Shown here piece by piece: positions 22,421-37,294 of a stretch of DNA of 64,000 nt (within the stretch, counting starts at the first letter, position 1; every line of letters begins with the position of its first letter). Location: assembly GCA_047967505.1 (NCBI GenBank), contig CM106538.1; one strand, written 5' to 3'. Position numbers and translations under genes: made by a program. The stretch comes from Dipteris shenzhenensis. Taxonomy: Eukaryota. Under the pieces are notes generated by a model. The model searched no databases. It was not told the DNA's origin and saw nothing but the letters and a program-made list of their open reading frames with translations.

Positions 22421-25400
22421 GGCCTTACCTGCCATAGCTACCACCACTGGCGTCTGCTTCATGATTACCAGCCCATCTAGGGTGGCACCTAAGATTCCAC
22501 CATGGTGGCGTACAATTAATATGGATGTAGCCCTAGGCCTCCAGGCCTCCAGCCACCATGGTGGATTCAACTTTATTATATATAATATCTGTGGCATTTG
22601 GCATTTTATTACATTGCTCTCATCCGTCGCCCCTGCTCTGCTTCTTTTCTCCACACGTCCTCCTCTAGCTCTTTTCAGCCCCTACTCTACTTTGCTCCAT
22701 GCTCCCTCCTCCAACTCTCATACTCATCTACTCCCCTGTTCATCTGCTCCACTGCTCACCCACTCATCCTCATGAAGCCTACTACCACCCCTCAATGCAA
22801 CGTGATCCCAATGCTATCTGCCTTCTCGTATAAGGTGTTGCATTGCACTCACCTAGGAGAATGAGCCCGACCTAAAATCCTTCACAATATGCATAAGAAA
22901 CATAAAAATAGAGATGCATACAACACTTGCCTCATTGTAAGTTGTCCATCCTTTTGTTTCAACCTTCTCACAAACTGGAATGAAACAGAGATTATTTGAA
23001 CAAAGAATTCAAAGGTACAGCCGACTCCACGTGACAAAATTCTAGAAACGCATAACTAAGTAAATTTAAGCGATGCATATTACAAAAAAATTGCCAATTT
23101 TCTAACACAAATAAAATACCACACTAACCTTTCATGCTAAAGTGGTGAAGTCCTCTTCCACCTTTTTCTCCACCACCAAACCATGGCCCTCTTTTCCTTT
23201 TTCTTCCACTAAGCAGTAAATTTTTCTAGTGAGTTATTTCTACACTATTTGGAAAAACCAATGCTACATTGAAGTCCACTTAAAATGAGTTAGAACCCCA
23301 CTAACCCTGGATAGCTAGGAGACTCAAGATCATTCCCAAGACTTTTCCCATTTTGTGTCCTAGCATCTACACTGTTTGTTCTTAGGTTGATCATTATTGA
23401 ATTGCTACCAAGGGATGGAGAATATTTCCACTGTCCATAGAAGCTGAGAGACCTAGAGCCGTTTGAGAGGATTTTCTAGGTAGAGTTGAGCCATATCTAT
23501 TGGTATTTATTGATAGAAGTCCACATGTTTTAAACTAACCTCTAATTTTTTTGCCTCCATTGAGAATCCTTTTAAGTGAAAGAAACTTACAAAGCACTTT
23601 ATAAAACAAGTATAAAACATCAATTGTCAACAATGAACTGTAATAAGCAAAATAAAACTATCCCCCTGCATGCAAGACAATAGTACTCACAAAATAAAAG
23701 GAGACGATACATTCTCCTAAAATGGATTAGCACAAGCATTGTGCCACAACATGATCTGACAAACAAACAAGAAATAGATGTTTCTTTTACCCTTTTAGAG
23801 TATCAAAAATAATTTTTAAAAAAGTGCGACCTATGTCAATGAAGAGATTGAAATAGTAGTAGTAAGGAATTAAGCACAGCATGGCATGTTATAGATGGGG
23901 CTCTATAGACCCTGTGGGTGGTACTTCCTCAATCCACACTTGATTGTAAGCATCAAAATAATGTCAGTCCAAGCCCTCTCCAACCTCTAAGAAAGTATCC
24001 TACTCGGGTGACCTAATTTCAAAATCTAAGCCATAGTATGGTGAATGGCACCAAGCTCCTAGCTGGCCACACTATGATGTACAAGGCTAGATTAGATCTC
24101 CTCATGGTTCAAAATATCCCACATGAAGAAGGGGCAGGGGAAGGGGTAGCAAGGGGGGCTAGGAGGGGGGGGAGGGGAGAGATTGTTTACAGATTGAATG
24201 AGAAGTATTGTCATTATGTTTAACAAGGACATGGGTTCCTAGATTAGCCAACACTCTTGGCAGCCGAATAATGTAGTTATGTAGCCTAAGAAATACATAG
24301 TGCTAAAATGAAATCTCACTCCTTTCCTTTGTGCACACAGACATAGATAGAGGCAGATATAGACACACAGATCTTGAACAATGAACAAATCTCAAGCATG
24401 CATAGTCAACCAAAAAACACCAAGCAAGGCAACTTCTTCACCATCACTAGTTCCCCTTGCTATGGCCTATATGATCTATGATATCAACCATGGAACTATG
24501 GGTGTCCACACCACTTGGTTGCCATTAGGAGTGGCAAATTTGGTCATTCAGTTGGTCACACAAGAGTATCATCATAGGATGGAGTACCTTAAGCTAAATT
24601 CAAAGCTTAAGAGAGGAGGAATTATCTGTGGCCATCAAGATGTTGGGATTATTTGATTGGAAGTCACTCAGATCTGATAAGAGAGAATAAGATCAAAGGG
24701 GGGATAGGTGTTTATTTGGAGGACTCGATGCAGCAAGTGCTACCCAAGAAGCATACAAAGGAGAGAGCACCAAATTATCATGTGGAGCAAAACTCGGGCC
24801 CAAGCCAAAAGGAGGAGGATGTGGATCAGCCTACCTATCCATGGGCCTACCATGCAAACACTTTGCCCCCAATCAACTAGGCATCACCACATTCAGTTGT
24901 ATTTGGTGATAGCAGTTTACCTTACAAATGGGCAGCAAGTCTAAAGGCCATCCACACACGGCAAGTCAGCTACCCATGAGCCACCTAAGCAAGTTTCCAA
25001 TTCACAACCAAGGAAAAAAGCATCGAAGAAACTCCAGTTGGCTCATACCATCTCCTCTTGTATTTTTCTCATCCCACAGCCATCTCCCTCCTCTCCCTCT
25101 TCATTTCACCCCTCCTTGGGTAACCCCTTCCTCGCCTTTACTGCCCACAACCTGTTCTATGTGGAATCACTCTCTCTTGCATTCCATACACCCTTTGTTG
25201 CATTTTGATTAGCCCACTTGCCTCCCTCTTGCATTGCTCTCAGCCCCTACCATCCCATTGCTGCCCATAGCCTCTTTTGCTTCTCTTCCCCTCCATTTTG
25301 CCCCTCTATAGCCAGCCTCTTCCACCCCCTTTCTACCCATAGCATGTTTTGGTTACCTTCCCCTCCTTTGCTACCAGTAGCTAGCTAGTTCCTCATCCTC

Positions 25401-28008
25401 TTCAAGTCATGCCTCCTTGACCAGCCCCTTCCACCCCCTTGTTGTTCACAGCCTATTTTTGTCCTCTTCCACTCCTATAGTGGAGAATGAGATTCTCATT
25501 TGTGAATTTCAAATGTAAATTTTTAAAGTAAAAAATCATGATTGCCTCAGTTTTGGCATTGGATGCTTTATATGATGAATGCTTTTCTCTATGCTTTAGC
25601 CAATAAATTAGGATGTAGTGCCCATGAACACTTTTGCACTCTTGTCCACACATGTACTCCTCCAACAATGCCAAAAATTGAGGAGCGGATTCTATAGAGG
25701 GGCCAAGAATTTCCTCACACTGGGAACAAAGTTTGGGACCAACAACATTATGTAGTAATATTTAGATTCAAAGTGATCATCTTTTCCTCTCAATAACAAC
25801 ACTAACATAACACCTCCTACGACTTCGAGGCAATGTTTGGTTTCCACTCACACATGTAGTGATATTCGCCATGCCATATTTAAGAGGGGGGGATATAGTA
25901 TAGGCTACCTTCGGTAACTAGTTTGAACAAGTTTGGTTTTGTGTATGGTTTTAAATAGTCATAGGGAAAGTAATCTAAATTTGCTTATTGTGTAATCTAA
26001 ATGCTTGAGAAAGAACACGTATTTAAGGAAACGGGGGGGGGCGGGGGGGGACATAATAGAATTTTGGTGGTATCTTATAAGCTTAAACAGGGGTGTTTTA
26101 TCATCCTACATGGATCATAAATAGGGGGTTTTCTTGAAGTTCATGCATGCAAGTGACATCCCCCTTTAATGAGGAGTGAATCCCCTAAGCCTTTATGTAA
26201 GATGCATAATGGGAACTTTGTAGAATTGAACCAACGATCTCACAAAAACAAGCTTCATATAGTCCTATCTAAGCATGGTTTGACATAGTAGCCAACCAAC
26301 TCCCATATTTGGATTTAGACATGTTTCTAGTAGGCATGTTTGCATGCTCTTCTTCTCCCAAGGTTTGCAAGCAAAAATAAATTCCCATCTCCGGTCAAGA
26401 AAAATTTGCATGGTAACTGATTTTAAACCCCACTAAGCTTCAAGATATGTAGTGCTTTAGTTGATAGTGATAGCATTCATGTATATCCCCAATGATAATA
26501 TCTCACATGCCACCATGATAGCTAGCTATCCAAGGCAGGAAACTCTTCGGGGTATGCATAAATTGATAATATTATATTGTGCCTTTGCATCTTCTTCATG
26601 TTCTGAATTTCCCCATGCTTTAGTGTGGTTTCCAGCATGCATTCAAAGACTCTACCGCTCCAATTTTATCCCCCCCCCTCTCTTCCATAAACGTAGTTCT
26701 ATATGCCTATCTCTATATACATCATTTGGTATGCTTTATTAAAATATCTTTTTAAAATGAAACAAGTAGCTTATTTCCCTACCCAATCATGGTGTAGATT
26801 GATCTTTTCCATAAAGTTGCTACATTGCATTCCAATTTGCCATGGCCTCATCTTCCATGAAGCCTTGTAACTAAATATCCATCACACACTAATTTCTTAT
26901 CATAAGATTTAATGTTTCCTGAAAATTTTGTCTATGCTATTGCATCTTCTACTTTCATTTCACAAATGGCTACTATTTGTAAACTTTGAATATTGTAGCA
27001 ACACAAGGTAAATAGTTAATATTCAAATGAAAGAAGGGTGTTCAATTTGCATACCTTGGGTCATACACATGTGAGCACTACCATTATAGACCAACCATGC
27101 ACCCTTCACACATAATCAAAGCACACCCACGAATGTTGCGAATCCCCTCTTTTTGCATCCTCCTCACAAAATCAACACCTAATGCTAGTCCAATAGTAGA
27201 CATTTTAAAAACACAACATCTTTCATTGGTAGTATCCCTTAGTTGCCCAAGAAATAGGGAACCATGGAAGTATCCATATTGACACTTTGCTTTAGCTTCT
27301 AAATAGAACCAATTGAATCATCAGTTGGATTTGAACCCATTTTGAATGTCTCTATCCATCTCTGAAGTCTACACAAAGAAAATTGTTACCAATCATTTTT
27401 ATGTGACATTGATATGAAATGTTGCAAGGAGATGAAAGACCCACATACCTACTTTGATTATTCAAGGCTCCAAATGTGATAGAGACTCAGCAAAGGTCCC
27501 ATTGTCCATCAACTTTGTGGCATTGTCACCCACATATATTATGCTATTGAATATTATATCCCTAGCCATCTCTTTCTCAACCCTTTTTCCTCCTGTTCCA
27601 AGGGTCTTTTCGACATAATTAGCCTCCAAGTTTCTCACGATGTTGACAGGCTCACTGCATTCTCATCTTTTCAACTTCATGACTATAGCTACCAAAATGA
27701 ACAATAAATCTTATACCTCACATCAGATGGAATAACATAATATATCCTAGATGCACCTTGCAATTCACATAGTGGCCTTTGGTTGCAATGAAATCAACAA
27801 AATCCTCCATATTTCTTTTTCACCCTAATCTCAAGGCAAGGAATATTCAATCTCCCTTTCCAATGTACTATGTTCTATTTTCCCTCTATCTTCTTTCTCT
27901 CTATGTTCTTTTTCCTCATCCCTATTCCTCTTAAAAGTCTCTATCTAAATTATCTCCCTTCCCCCAATGTCTTTCCCTCGTCTCCATTTCTCTCTCTCTT
28001 CTCTCTTC

Positions 28009-31000
28009 TGTTGAGATATCAAGCTCTACCCCCGATATATCTCCTGGATGACTATCATTTATGTCACCGCCTATGTTAGTTGTACTCGTGGTGTAGTTAG
28101 ACTACCACTATGTTTTTGGTTTGGGTTCACATATGAACCACGTATTCTAGGGTTTGACATATAGGGTATTTCCCTCTTCTATTGTATTGTTGTTGTGTGC
28201 AAAAGTGAAGAAAGGCTTCACCCTCCAACCTTGTGTCCTCTCTCTTTTGTGTGTTGTGAAGAAAGCTGAACTTGAGTCTCCTATCTCTCTCCCTTATTCT
28301 TTACATGGTATCAGAGCCTTGTTCGTGGTAAGGAGCTCAAGAAAGCAAGCCAAGTTTGTGGTGTCCTGGTAAGAGGACCAGTGTTGCTTTCCTATTTCGA
28401 GTTTGGGAGCAAATCTCTGCAGGTAGCACAGCCAGAAGTGCAGGAGTGCACTGTTTCAGATTGAGAGGCCCTTCGTGGTGTGGCGAGAGCGCAGTATATG
28501 CTGCGGGTCAGGGCAAAGCCCTTGGTGACTTTATTTTTTTGATTTGAGGCCGTTTCGGGGCCCGTTTTGAAGGCGGAAGTTCTTCGCAGGTACTCAGAAA
28601 AAGGCCCTGTTTTTCGTTGTGCGACCACTGCGCGGCTAGTCGGTGAAAAGGTGCCACAGAAATTGCATCGTATGCCTGTGTGCAGAGATATTGGGAGTTG
28701 CAGATTCATGCCTATTGCTTGTTGATGCAAAATCGTCACTAGGAAGTGACTGTGTGATGAAATACCACTTTCGTCAGTGTTGCAGATCTGCCCCTGTGAG
28801 GCTTTTTGCAGAAGTTTTGCTATTTGCCCTTGTGAGGCATTTGCTGTGTTTACAGGTTGCTGTTGCAATTCGTGATTTGTAAAATGTCTGAGAATCTGTC
28901 TACCATTGTCAGTGAGAAGCTTGACAAGAACAACTTCCAAGCATGGAAGTTCAGGATGACAAACTTCCTTATGGGAAAGGGAGTTTGGGAGTACATCAGT
29001 GGTGAAACTGCAGAACTAGTTTTGGGTGCTGCTTCCACTCCTGCTGAATTGAAGACCTTTAAAGAATGGCATGAAAAAGCCAGAAAATGCCTGTATTGGC
29101 TATCTGTTAGCATTTCAGATTCTATGATTGTGCATATGCAGGATGTAGAGACGCCTAAGGAGGCATGGGATACATTGGTGAAGCTGTATAGCACAAATAC
29201 CAAAGCACGAAAGATGCAGCTAAAGCAGGAGTTGCACAATGTGCAAAGGAAAAATCTGAATATAAATGAGTATTCCTTGAAAGTGAAAGGCCTTGCAGAT
29301 TCTCTTGCCTCCATTGGAGCACCTGTTGATGATGAGGACTTAGTGTCCGTGACCTTGAATGGTCTTGGGAAAGATTATGCACAGTTTCGGACATCCATTG
29401 AAGTCCGTGAAACATTTCCTGATTTTCAAGAACTTATTGCTCTCTTGCTAAGTGAAGAGCAAAGGAATGGTGGTTCAGCCACCTCAACTTCTCAAGAGAC
29501 TGCTTTCTACTCGAATACAGGTAGAGGCAGGGGTAGAGGAAGAGGCCGTTTTGGTGGCCGTGCAGGAAATCAAAACCAATAGCAACAACAGGAAAACCAG
29601 TCCTATGGAGGAGGACGTGGTAGTTCTAGAGGCAGGGGGAGCCAAAGAGGCCGTGGTTCATGGCAAAGGAACCAGCAAGTAAATAGCAGCACAGAATGCT
29701 ATTATTGTGGAAAGCCTGGACACAAGGAGAATACATGCTATAAAAAGCAGAATGACATCAAAAGTGGGAAGTTGCAGCAAAGCAACTATGCATCATCAAG
29801 TGGGCATGGTGACGACAGAAATGAGCACCTTTTTGTGATGCAGCATATGGTTAACTCCATGTCAGGAGATGCTACAGCTTGCAATGATGTTTGGTATGTT
29901 GATTCAGGTGCCTCTAACCACATGACCAGTCATGGTGAGTGGTTTCATGATGTTAGAAATTTGGATAAGCCAGGTTATGTTGAAACAGGTGATGATACTG
30001 TGCACCCAATTACGCAGGTTGGTAAAGTGCCATTGGCTATGCAGGATGGCAAAACAAAGTACTTGGCAGATGTACTTCATGTTCCAAAAATCACTAAGAA
30101 CCTGGTTTCAGTTGGCCAGATGGTTGAGCAAGGTCTGCAGGTTAGATTTAATCCTGATGGATGCTTTGTTGAGGACTTGAAAAATAAGTGCCGCTTGGTT
30201 GCGAAAGGCAACAAAAATGGCAGAATGTTCACCTTGGATGTTGATATGCCTGAGGTGAAAGCTGCTATGTTTGCGCATGGGAGAGGTGTCATTGCAGATA
30301 TTGAGATATGGCACAAGCGCATTGGGCACATGAATATACAAAGGCTGAAATCTATGCAAACGAAAAACATTGTTGCAGGTTTGCCTAAATTCAGAGTTGA
30401 GGGAATGCAAAAGGTATGTGAAGCATGCCAAATGGGCATTCCCCAAAAATGCTAAGGTGAGCAGAAGACCTTTGGAAGTGATCCATTCAGATGTTTGGAC
30501 AACCAAAGCTGCTTCTATTGGTGGATGCCATTATTATGTGACGTTTATTGATGACTACACTAGGAAGGTGTGGATTTATTTTATGAAGCACAAAAGTGAA
30601 GTGTTCAGCCATTTCAAGGCTTTTAAGGCCATGGTTGAAAAAGAGAAAGGTGTGCATATTAAAGTGCTAAGATCTGATGGAGGGGGAGAGTACTTTTCAG
30701 AAGAATTTTGTGAATATCTGAAAGAATAGGGAATTCAAAGGAAGTACTCATGCAGGTCTACCCCTCAGCAGAATGGGGTTGCAGAAAGGAAGAACAGGCA
30801 TATTACAGAAGTAGGACGCGCGATCCTAAATGAGAAAAACATGCCTGATTATTTTTGGGCTGAAGCAGTAGCAACTGCTGTTTATATTATGAACAGAACC
30901 CCCACTGCAGCTGTCCATGGCATGACGCCTGAAGAAATGTATACAGGCCAAAAACCAGATATTTCTCACTTGAAGGTATTTGGTTGCATAGCTTATGTTC

Positions 31001-33478
31001 ATGTTCCTGATGAGAAGAGAACAAAGCTGGATCCAAAGGCAGAAAAATGCATCTTTATTGGATATGCTCTGCACCAGAAAGGGTATCGCTGTTATAACTC
31101 TTCCACCCGCAAAATGCAAGTGAGCAGAGATGTTGTTTTTGATGAAATGAGCAGCTGGTATGCACCAACTGTTATGGTAGGAGATGCAGATGCAGGAAAT
31201 GGGAATGCTACAATAAATGCAGAGCAGCAATCTCAAGCCTTGAGTGGACCCAGAGAGTCCTCTACTAGTGGATCTAATGCATGGACAGGGAGATTGAGAT
31301 CTAGTGAATCGTCACATGGCAGCCCTGATAGTGTTGTGCAGGTATCACATAAGGGAAAAGAAAAAGTAGACCATGCTCCAGTGTTTGATGTGTCTGCTGG
31401 TAGCTCTCATGTTGATGGAGAGTCAAGCGGCTCTGAAATGAGCCTTAATGAGGAACTTGGGATTCCTTCTGTTGTTACACCTGGTGCAAGGAAAAGTAGG
31501 CATGATTTAAAGACTCTTGCAACTGATCCAGTTGTACGGAGGTCCACTCGTATTAAGTATCCAGTTGACAGGCTGAGATATGATGGGTATACAGCACATC
31601 ACTATGCTTATATGGTCAAGGTTCTAGAGGAGCCAGAGCCCACATGTTTTGAGGATGCAGCAGGGCATAAAAATTGGGAAGCAGCTATGGATGAAGAGAT
31701 GGCTGCCTTGGATGCAAACCACACTTGGGATTTGATGCCTTTGCCTCATGATAAGAAGGCTATTGGCTGCAAGTGGGTTTACAAAGTAAAGCACAATGTT
31801 GATGGGTCTGTTAGCAGGTACAAGGCAAGATTGGTTGCCAAAGGTTTTGCGCAGACATATGGAATTGACTATGAGGAAACTTTCAGCCGAGTTGCAAGGA
31901 TGGCAACCGTGAGAGCAGTAATTGCTATGGCTGCTGCAAAGGGATGGTCTTTGCATCAGATGGATGTGAAAAATGCCTTCTTGCATGGTGATTTGCAGGA
32001 AGAGGTTTATATGATGCAGCCAGAAGGTTATGAGGATAATTCACACCCCGATTTTGTATGCAGGTTGCGCAAAGCCTTGTATGGCTTAAAACAGGCGCCG
32101 AGGGCATGGTCAGACAAGATAGGGCAATATCTTGTCACTATTGGATTTCAGACTTCCAATTCAGATTTTTCACTTTATGTGAAAAGGACAGACAGAGGGA
32201 TTGTGCTTATAGTCATCTATGTTGATGACTTGATTATTACAGGTGATAGTGATGCAGACATTAATGAAGTGAAGCTGCTGTTGAAGCAGAAATTTGAGAT
32301 GAAGGATTTGGGAGAGCTGCGTTACTTCTTGGGCATTGAGGTTATTAGATCCCCGAGTGGGATATGGCTGTTGCAAAGGCAATACGGTTTGGACATGCTG
32401 TCCAAATATGGGATGACAGGCTGTAAGCCTATTTCTGTTCCATTGGAGCAGAATGTGAAGCTCAATGCAGAGACAGGTGAGCTTCTTGAAGATATTACTA
32501 TGTACAGGCGCATAGTAGGTAGCTTGATTTACATGACTATAACCAGACCAGATTTGAGCTATGCTGTGCGGCTGGTAAGTCAGTTTATGCAGGCACCGAG
32601 GAAGCCACATTTGGATGCGGCTAGGTGCATACTGCGGTATGTGAAGTCCACATTGTATTATGGACTGTTTTATGAAGCTGGGTGTGCATTACAGGTACAT
32701 GGATACACAGATGCTGATTGGGCTGGTAGTGTCTCAGACAGGAGATCTACTAGTGGTTTTATGTTTTCCCTTGGGAGTGGTGCCATCAGTTGGAGCAGCA
32801 AGAAGCAGCAAACAGTTGCCTTGTCGAGCACAGAGGCTGAGTACAGGGGTGTAGCAATGGCTGCATGTGAGGTAGCTTGGTTACGGAAGCTACTTGCAGA
32901 TATGGGACAGTCAATTCATGCAGCAGTTGTCATTCATTGTGACAACATTAGCAGCATCATGCTTGCTAATAACCCAGTTTATCATGCTAGAACGAAGCAC
33001 ATTGAGGTGCATTATCACTTTGTGAGAGAGAAGGTTCTAGCTGGTGAGATTGATCTTGTCTATGTCAGCACTGAGGAGCAGGTGGCTGATATTTTTACGA
33101 AGGCATTGGGTACCGAGAAGCTTCGCAGATTTAGGAGCTTGCTTGGTGTACGTGAGATGGATTTGAGCTTGAGGGGGAGTGTTGAGATATCAAGCTCTAC
33201 CCCCGATATATCTCCTGGATGACTATCATTTATGTCACCGCCTATGTTAGTTGTACTCGTGGTGTAGTTAGACTACCACGTATGTTTTTGGTTTGGGTTC
33301 ACATATGAACCACGTATTCTAGGGTTTGACATATAGGGTATTTCCCTCTTCTATTGTATTGTTGTTGTGTGCAAAAGTGAAGAAAGGCTTCACCCTCCAA
33401 CCTTGTGTCCTCTCTCTTTTGTGTGTTGTGAAGAAAGCTGAAACTTGAGTCTCCTATCTCTCTCCCTTATTCTTTACA
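28009..33478 (+). mobile_element. Ty1/copia LTR retrotransposon E (young, full length)
   Basis: LTRs 28009-28305 and 33180-33478 differ by two 1-bp indels by eye. TSD TCTTC. PBS tggtatcagagc at 28306-28317. PPT ttgagggggag at 33169-33179. Confidence 0.97.
28884..33222 (+). pseudogene. gag-pol: Copia E gag-pol polyprotein, disrupted
   Basis: Gag KLDKNNFQAWKFRM, knuckle CYYCGKPGHKENTC, protease WYVDSGASNHM, integrase HSDVW/RSDGGGEY, RT YVDD, RNase H. TAG stops at 29580 and 30727; frameshifting deletion ~30435. Confidence 0.95.
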
Positions 33479-33509
33479 TCTTCCTATCTATCTCCCTCTT
33501 GTCGGATGA

Positions 33510-36500
33510 ATGTCTACAAATAGCCAAGAGTTCGACAATCCCATATCTCAATGTATGGGTTTGCAACTCCAACTTTGGGGACATCAGCAACAACCACAAG
33601 ACGAGGTTGTGAATGCTAGTGCTGAAACAACACCAACACATTTATCAAGCCAAGACAGCATGATCCAAATGGTGAAACGGGAAGAAATCGAGGTCAAAAG
33701 CTTAGAGGATGAATCAAGGGGAGATCTCACAATTTCAAGCATTCTTGGAGTAAAGAAAGGTAATCCAAACAAGAATCAATTGTCGACTGCTATTTGGCCA
33801 CCTTCAAACAAATGAAGAGAATGCAGATGAACTGCCATGAGATCTTCTATAGCTTGAGTACCTTGGGGACAAAGCAACAATAGATTTCAAACAAGTAACA
33901 AAAGACATAGTTGTAGATAGCAATGATAGAGAAGAAGAACCGGATGAAGAATCCGAAGTAAAAGAAGAATACTCGGACAAAGAATCCAAAGCAAGAGAAC
34001 AAAATTCAGACAAAAGATTCGAAGAAAAAGAAGCAGTTTCGGACAAAAGATCCGAACAAAAAAAAGCAGCTCACGACAAAATATCTGAAGACAAATACAC
34101 ATATTCAGATGAAAGATCTAAGGAACAAAGCAAATTAAATTCGGGTGCAGATTCTGACCAAGACAAAGAGAATCAGGGTTTTCATACCTTACCAAACAAC
34201 TCAAGGAGCCTTGAGACAAACCAACCACCGCCATCACCTATAAGTCCACCCGTACACAAGATTGAATACACCAATTTACCTGATGGCACATCCATAGGTA
34301 GCAAGGTTGAAATGTAAATTTTTTGAGTTTCATGGTAACAGTCATGTTGCACAATTTGAAACTCGATGGTGAGCCAATAGTTTTGAAACCTCATTTGGGG
34401 ATCCAAAAAAATTGCAACACTTCACGAGGACACTTGTTGGAAACACTATGAGGTGGTTTACCTTGGATGGAGTGGGGAATTTTGCCACTTATGATGACTT
34501 AAAGACATAGGTTTGGGAGACAGTTCGAAAGGAGAAAACCCCTAGTGATGTTAGAAGAAAGCTAAGGCAACTAAAGCAAAAGAAACTATACATAGAGGAC
34601 TACACCCAATAATTTTTGAACCTGAATGCATGACTGGATGTAGCAGAAAGACCAAAGAAACTAAAACAATACCGAAATACTTTTGCAGTGAAAATTCAAA
34701 GTTTGATTGGCAGCCTAGTACTGCAATAGGTGCTAATGAGTTCAATACCCTAGTTGATGTAGCCAAAAGAGTTGAATGACACATAGGAAGAATGCAAAGA
34801 AGATTTCAAAGAACATTCTAATGTTCGAGACAATAAATCCAAACCCAAATCCAACTTGAGCAGTAATGAGTCCGATAGTGATTCCGAAAAAGATGAAAAG
34901 GAAGAAAAAGAAAAAGAAGGTAACAAAGAAAAGTAGAAAGGAAGAAAATAAGATGAAGAAAGAGAAGCAAAAATAAAAAAAGACTCCTTTAACCTATGAT
35001 TTGGAGAAACTTGTGGATCAAAAGTTGCAAACTTTGGGGGTGAATAAGGGTTCGAAACTGACCACAATTGCAGTGCAAATTTGTAGCAAAAGTCATCCAA
35101 CCATAGCATGCTAATACAAACCTAATGGGTGCAACAATCCATAGCAAAAGTCATAAAGAAGTCCAGCAACGGGTGCCAATGCGGTAGCGATTAGAGCAAA
35201 TGCAACAGGCATTATGCAGCAGCAACAGCGGCAACAACAACCACAACAACCACAACAACAACAAAGACAACTTGGGATAGCAAATGAACTAGAACCAAAA
35301 AACTAATTGGAATCAACAATAATTGGGATAGTGTGGAATATTGCCTGGGTATGGATGGTCACCGTCCGAGACCCAATTGTGCCTTGTGAGTGAAGCACCA
35401 AGTTGAAAGAGGAATTCCAATTGTCCATATGGCAATCAAGGATCATCACCTCAAGCAGGACAACAACCCCTGTAAGCCAATGTTGTGTTGATACAAGAAC
35501 TACCAAATACTTTGAGAGGTAGAGAAACGGCTTACAAAAGGGTCGGCAGCACGACTGGCATGAGTTGTGTGATTGATCGGGCTATAATTGAAACACAACC
35601 AAAAAAATCACTAGGCATGGAAGTTCTAGCAATGACTAGATGAAAAGGACTAGTTCAAAAGAAACCACAAGGTCAAAGAGAAAGTTGTTTGATTGAAGGA
35701 CCAAGAAGAAGTCTGAAAGAAACATTGAAAGAAATTTAGAAGGCACAAGCCAAAGAGGCAATGACAAGAGTTTTGCAATCAATGGATCTGCAAGAATGGA
35801 GCAATCTAGCAAATCCAAAACATAATCCGATCAACAGCCTAGCAACAAGTTCAAAGACAAGTCTAGGTCATAGCTCGATGTCAAGTTTGAGAAAAGTTTC
35901 TATTAGATATGCTCAATGCCCCACCCTCCTGGTAACCACCAGTGGTCCAAGGTGCTCAAGTTGTAAGGCCCCCATATGAGGAAAAGCCATGTATGAGCCC
36001 AGGACACTAGATGGATCCTGACTTGCATGTCAAATGAGGTCTATCAATGAGATTGTTGATGGTAGGAAGGTGATTGTGTGGGAGCCCCTTGTTCTTGCTG
36101 GGGCCTCAGGGCTAGCTGGCCCCCAGTTGGGTGGTCCCAGGGGGGGCCAATAGCCCCCTTGGTGGGGGTTTCAGGGCGGGAGCCCTCAAGGCGATGGTAT
36201 AGGGAATATTCCTTGAATATTCCATGGACGACTATTCGGTTCCACTGACTAGGTTGACTGTTTGGCTCCACTGACTAGGTTGACTAGTCGACTCCACCGA
36301 CTATGTTGATTCAACTACTGCCCTCATAGCTATAAAGAGGTGACCTTCCCAGTCCATTGTATCATATTAGTTCAGATCAGATCAGATCTTCTAGGTAGTA
36401 GCTCTTCACCTAGTATCTAACTAGATCACCATCTAAGCTCCACTGTGGGAGCGCATGGGTGGACGGAGCCATCATCTGTACTACATCAGTATTGAAGGAA

Positions 36501-37130
36501 AAGTTTGTTCCTCTCCTATTTGTTATGTACTCTCTATTCTTTGTTCAGTTTCTGTTCCGCTGCCTCGTGTAATTTAATAGTTTCGACTAATAATATGACT
36601 ACAGATTCAAAAGTAGCCAAAATTTGGGAAACCATTGAATAGTTGAGGAGCAAGAGACGACTAGTTGAAAGCGAGGTGAAGAAAACCTCTCGGCCAAATT
36701 GTTCCAAGCCATGAAGCAAGCGCTTATCAAGATGACATTGGATCAATTGTTGAGTTTGGCTCCCATGTTTCATGAGAACTTAATTAAGCAATTGCAAGAG
36801 GCAAAGAAGGAGAAAAAAAAACTACAATTTTCATGTGAGGTAGATTACCAACAATTAGTAGAATAACCACCAGTGCTACAAGTAGAACCAGATGATGTGG
36901 ACTATAAGGTCGCGGCAATTAAAGTGCATTGTAATGGCCAAGAAATACCAGAAACATTGCTATATGCAAGCTCAAGTGTGAATATCCTCCCACACAGTAT
37001 GTATGAGAAGATGGGTCTAACGGAGTTGGATGAAGCACCTTTTCAAATTGCTGATCAAAGACAAGTTCAACCACTAAGTATTGTTCGGAATTAGCAAATT
37101 GTAATTCAAGGCATGTCATTTAAAGTAAAT
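33510..37130 (+). mobile_element. Highly decayed Ty3/gypsy gag-protease remnant
   Basis: Protease-like TLLYASSSVNILPHSMYEKMGL..ADQRQVQPLSIVRN at 36873-37094 (catalytic D replaced by Y). It resembles the protease at ~61970. Upstream gag-like frames are full of stops. Confidence 0.55.
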
Positions 37131-37294
37131 TTTGATGGGGCAATGGTACATTGAGGTGTACAAAAGGACATGTTGTGCATTTATGGGTGGGGAGACCTCT
37201 CACCCATGGTCTAGACCCATGGTCCTCACTCCTATCCATTGATCTAGTCTCTAATCCAAGGGTCACATCCAAATTTATGGTAGTCGATCACTCC

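Noticed and set aside
23000-27900. Possible host genes or ancient copia remnants (e.g. IYVGDN-like frame ~27530, minus strand)
   Set aside because: Too decayed to support coordinates or a product call by eye.
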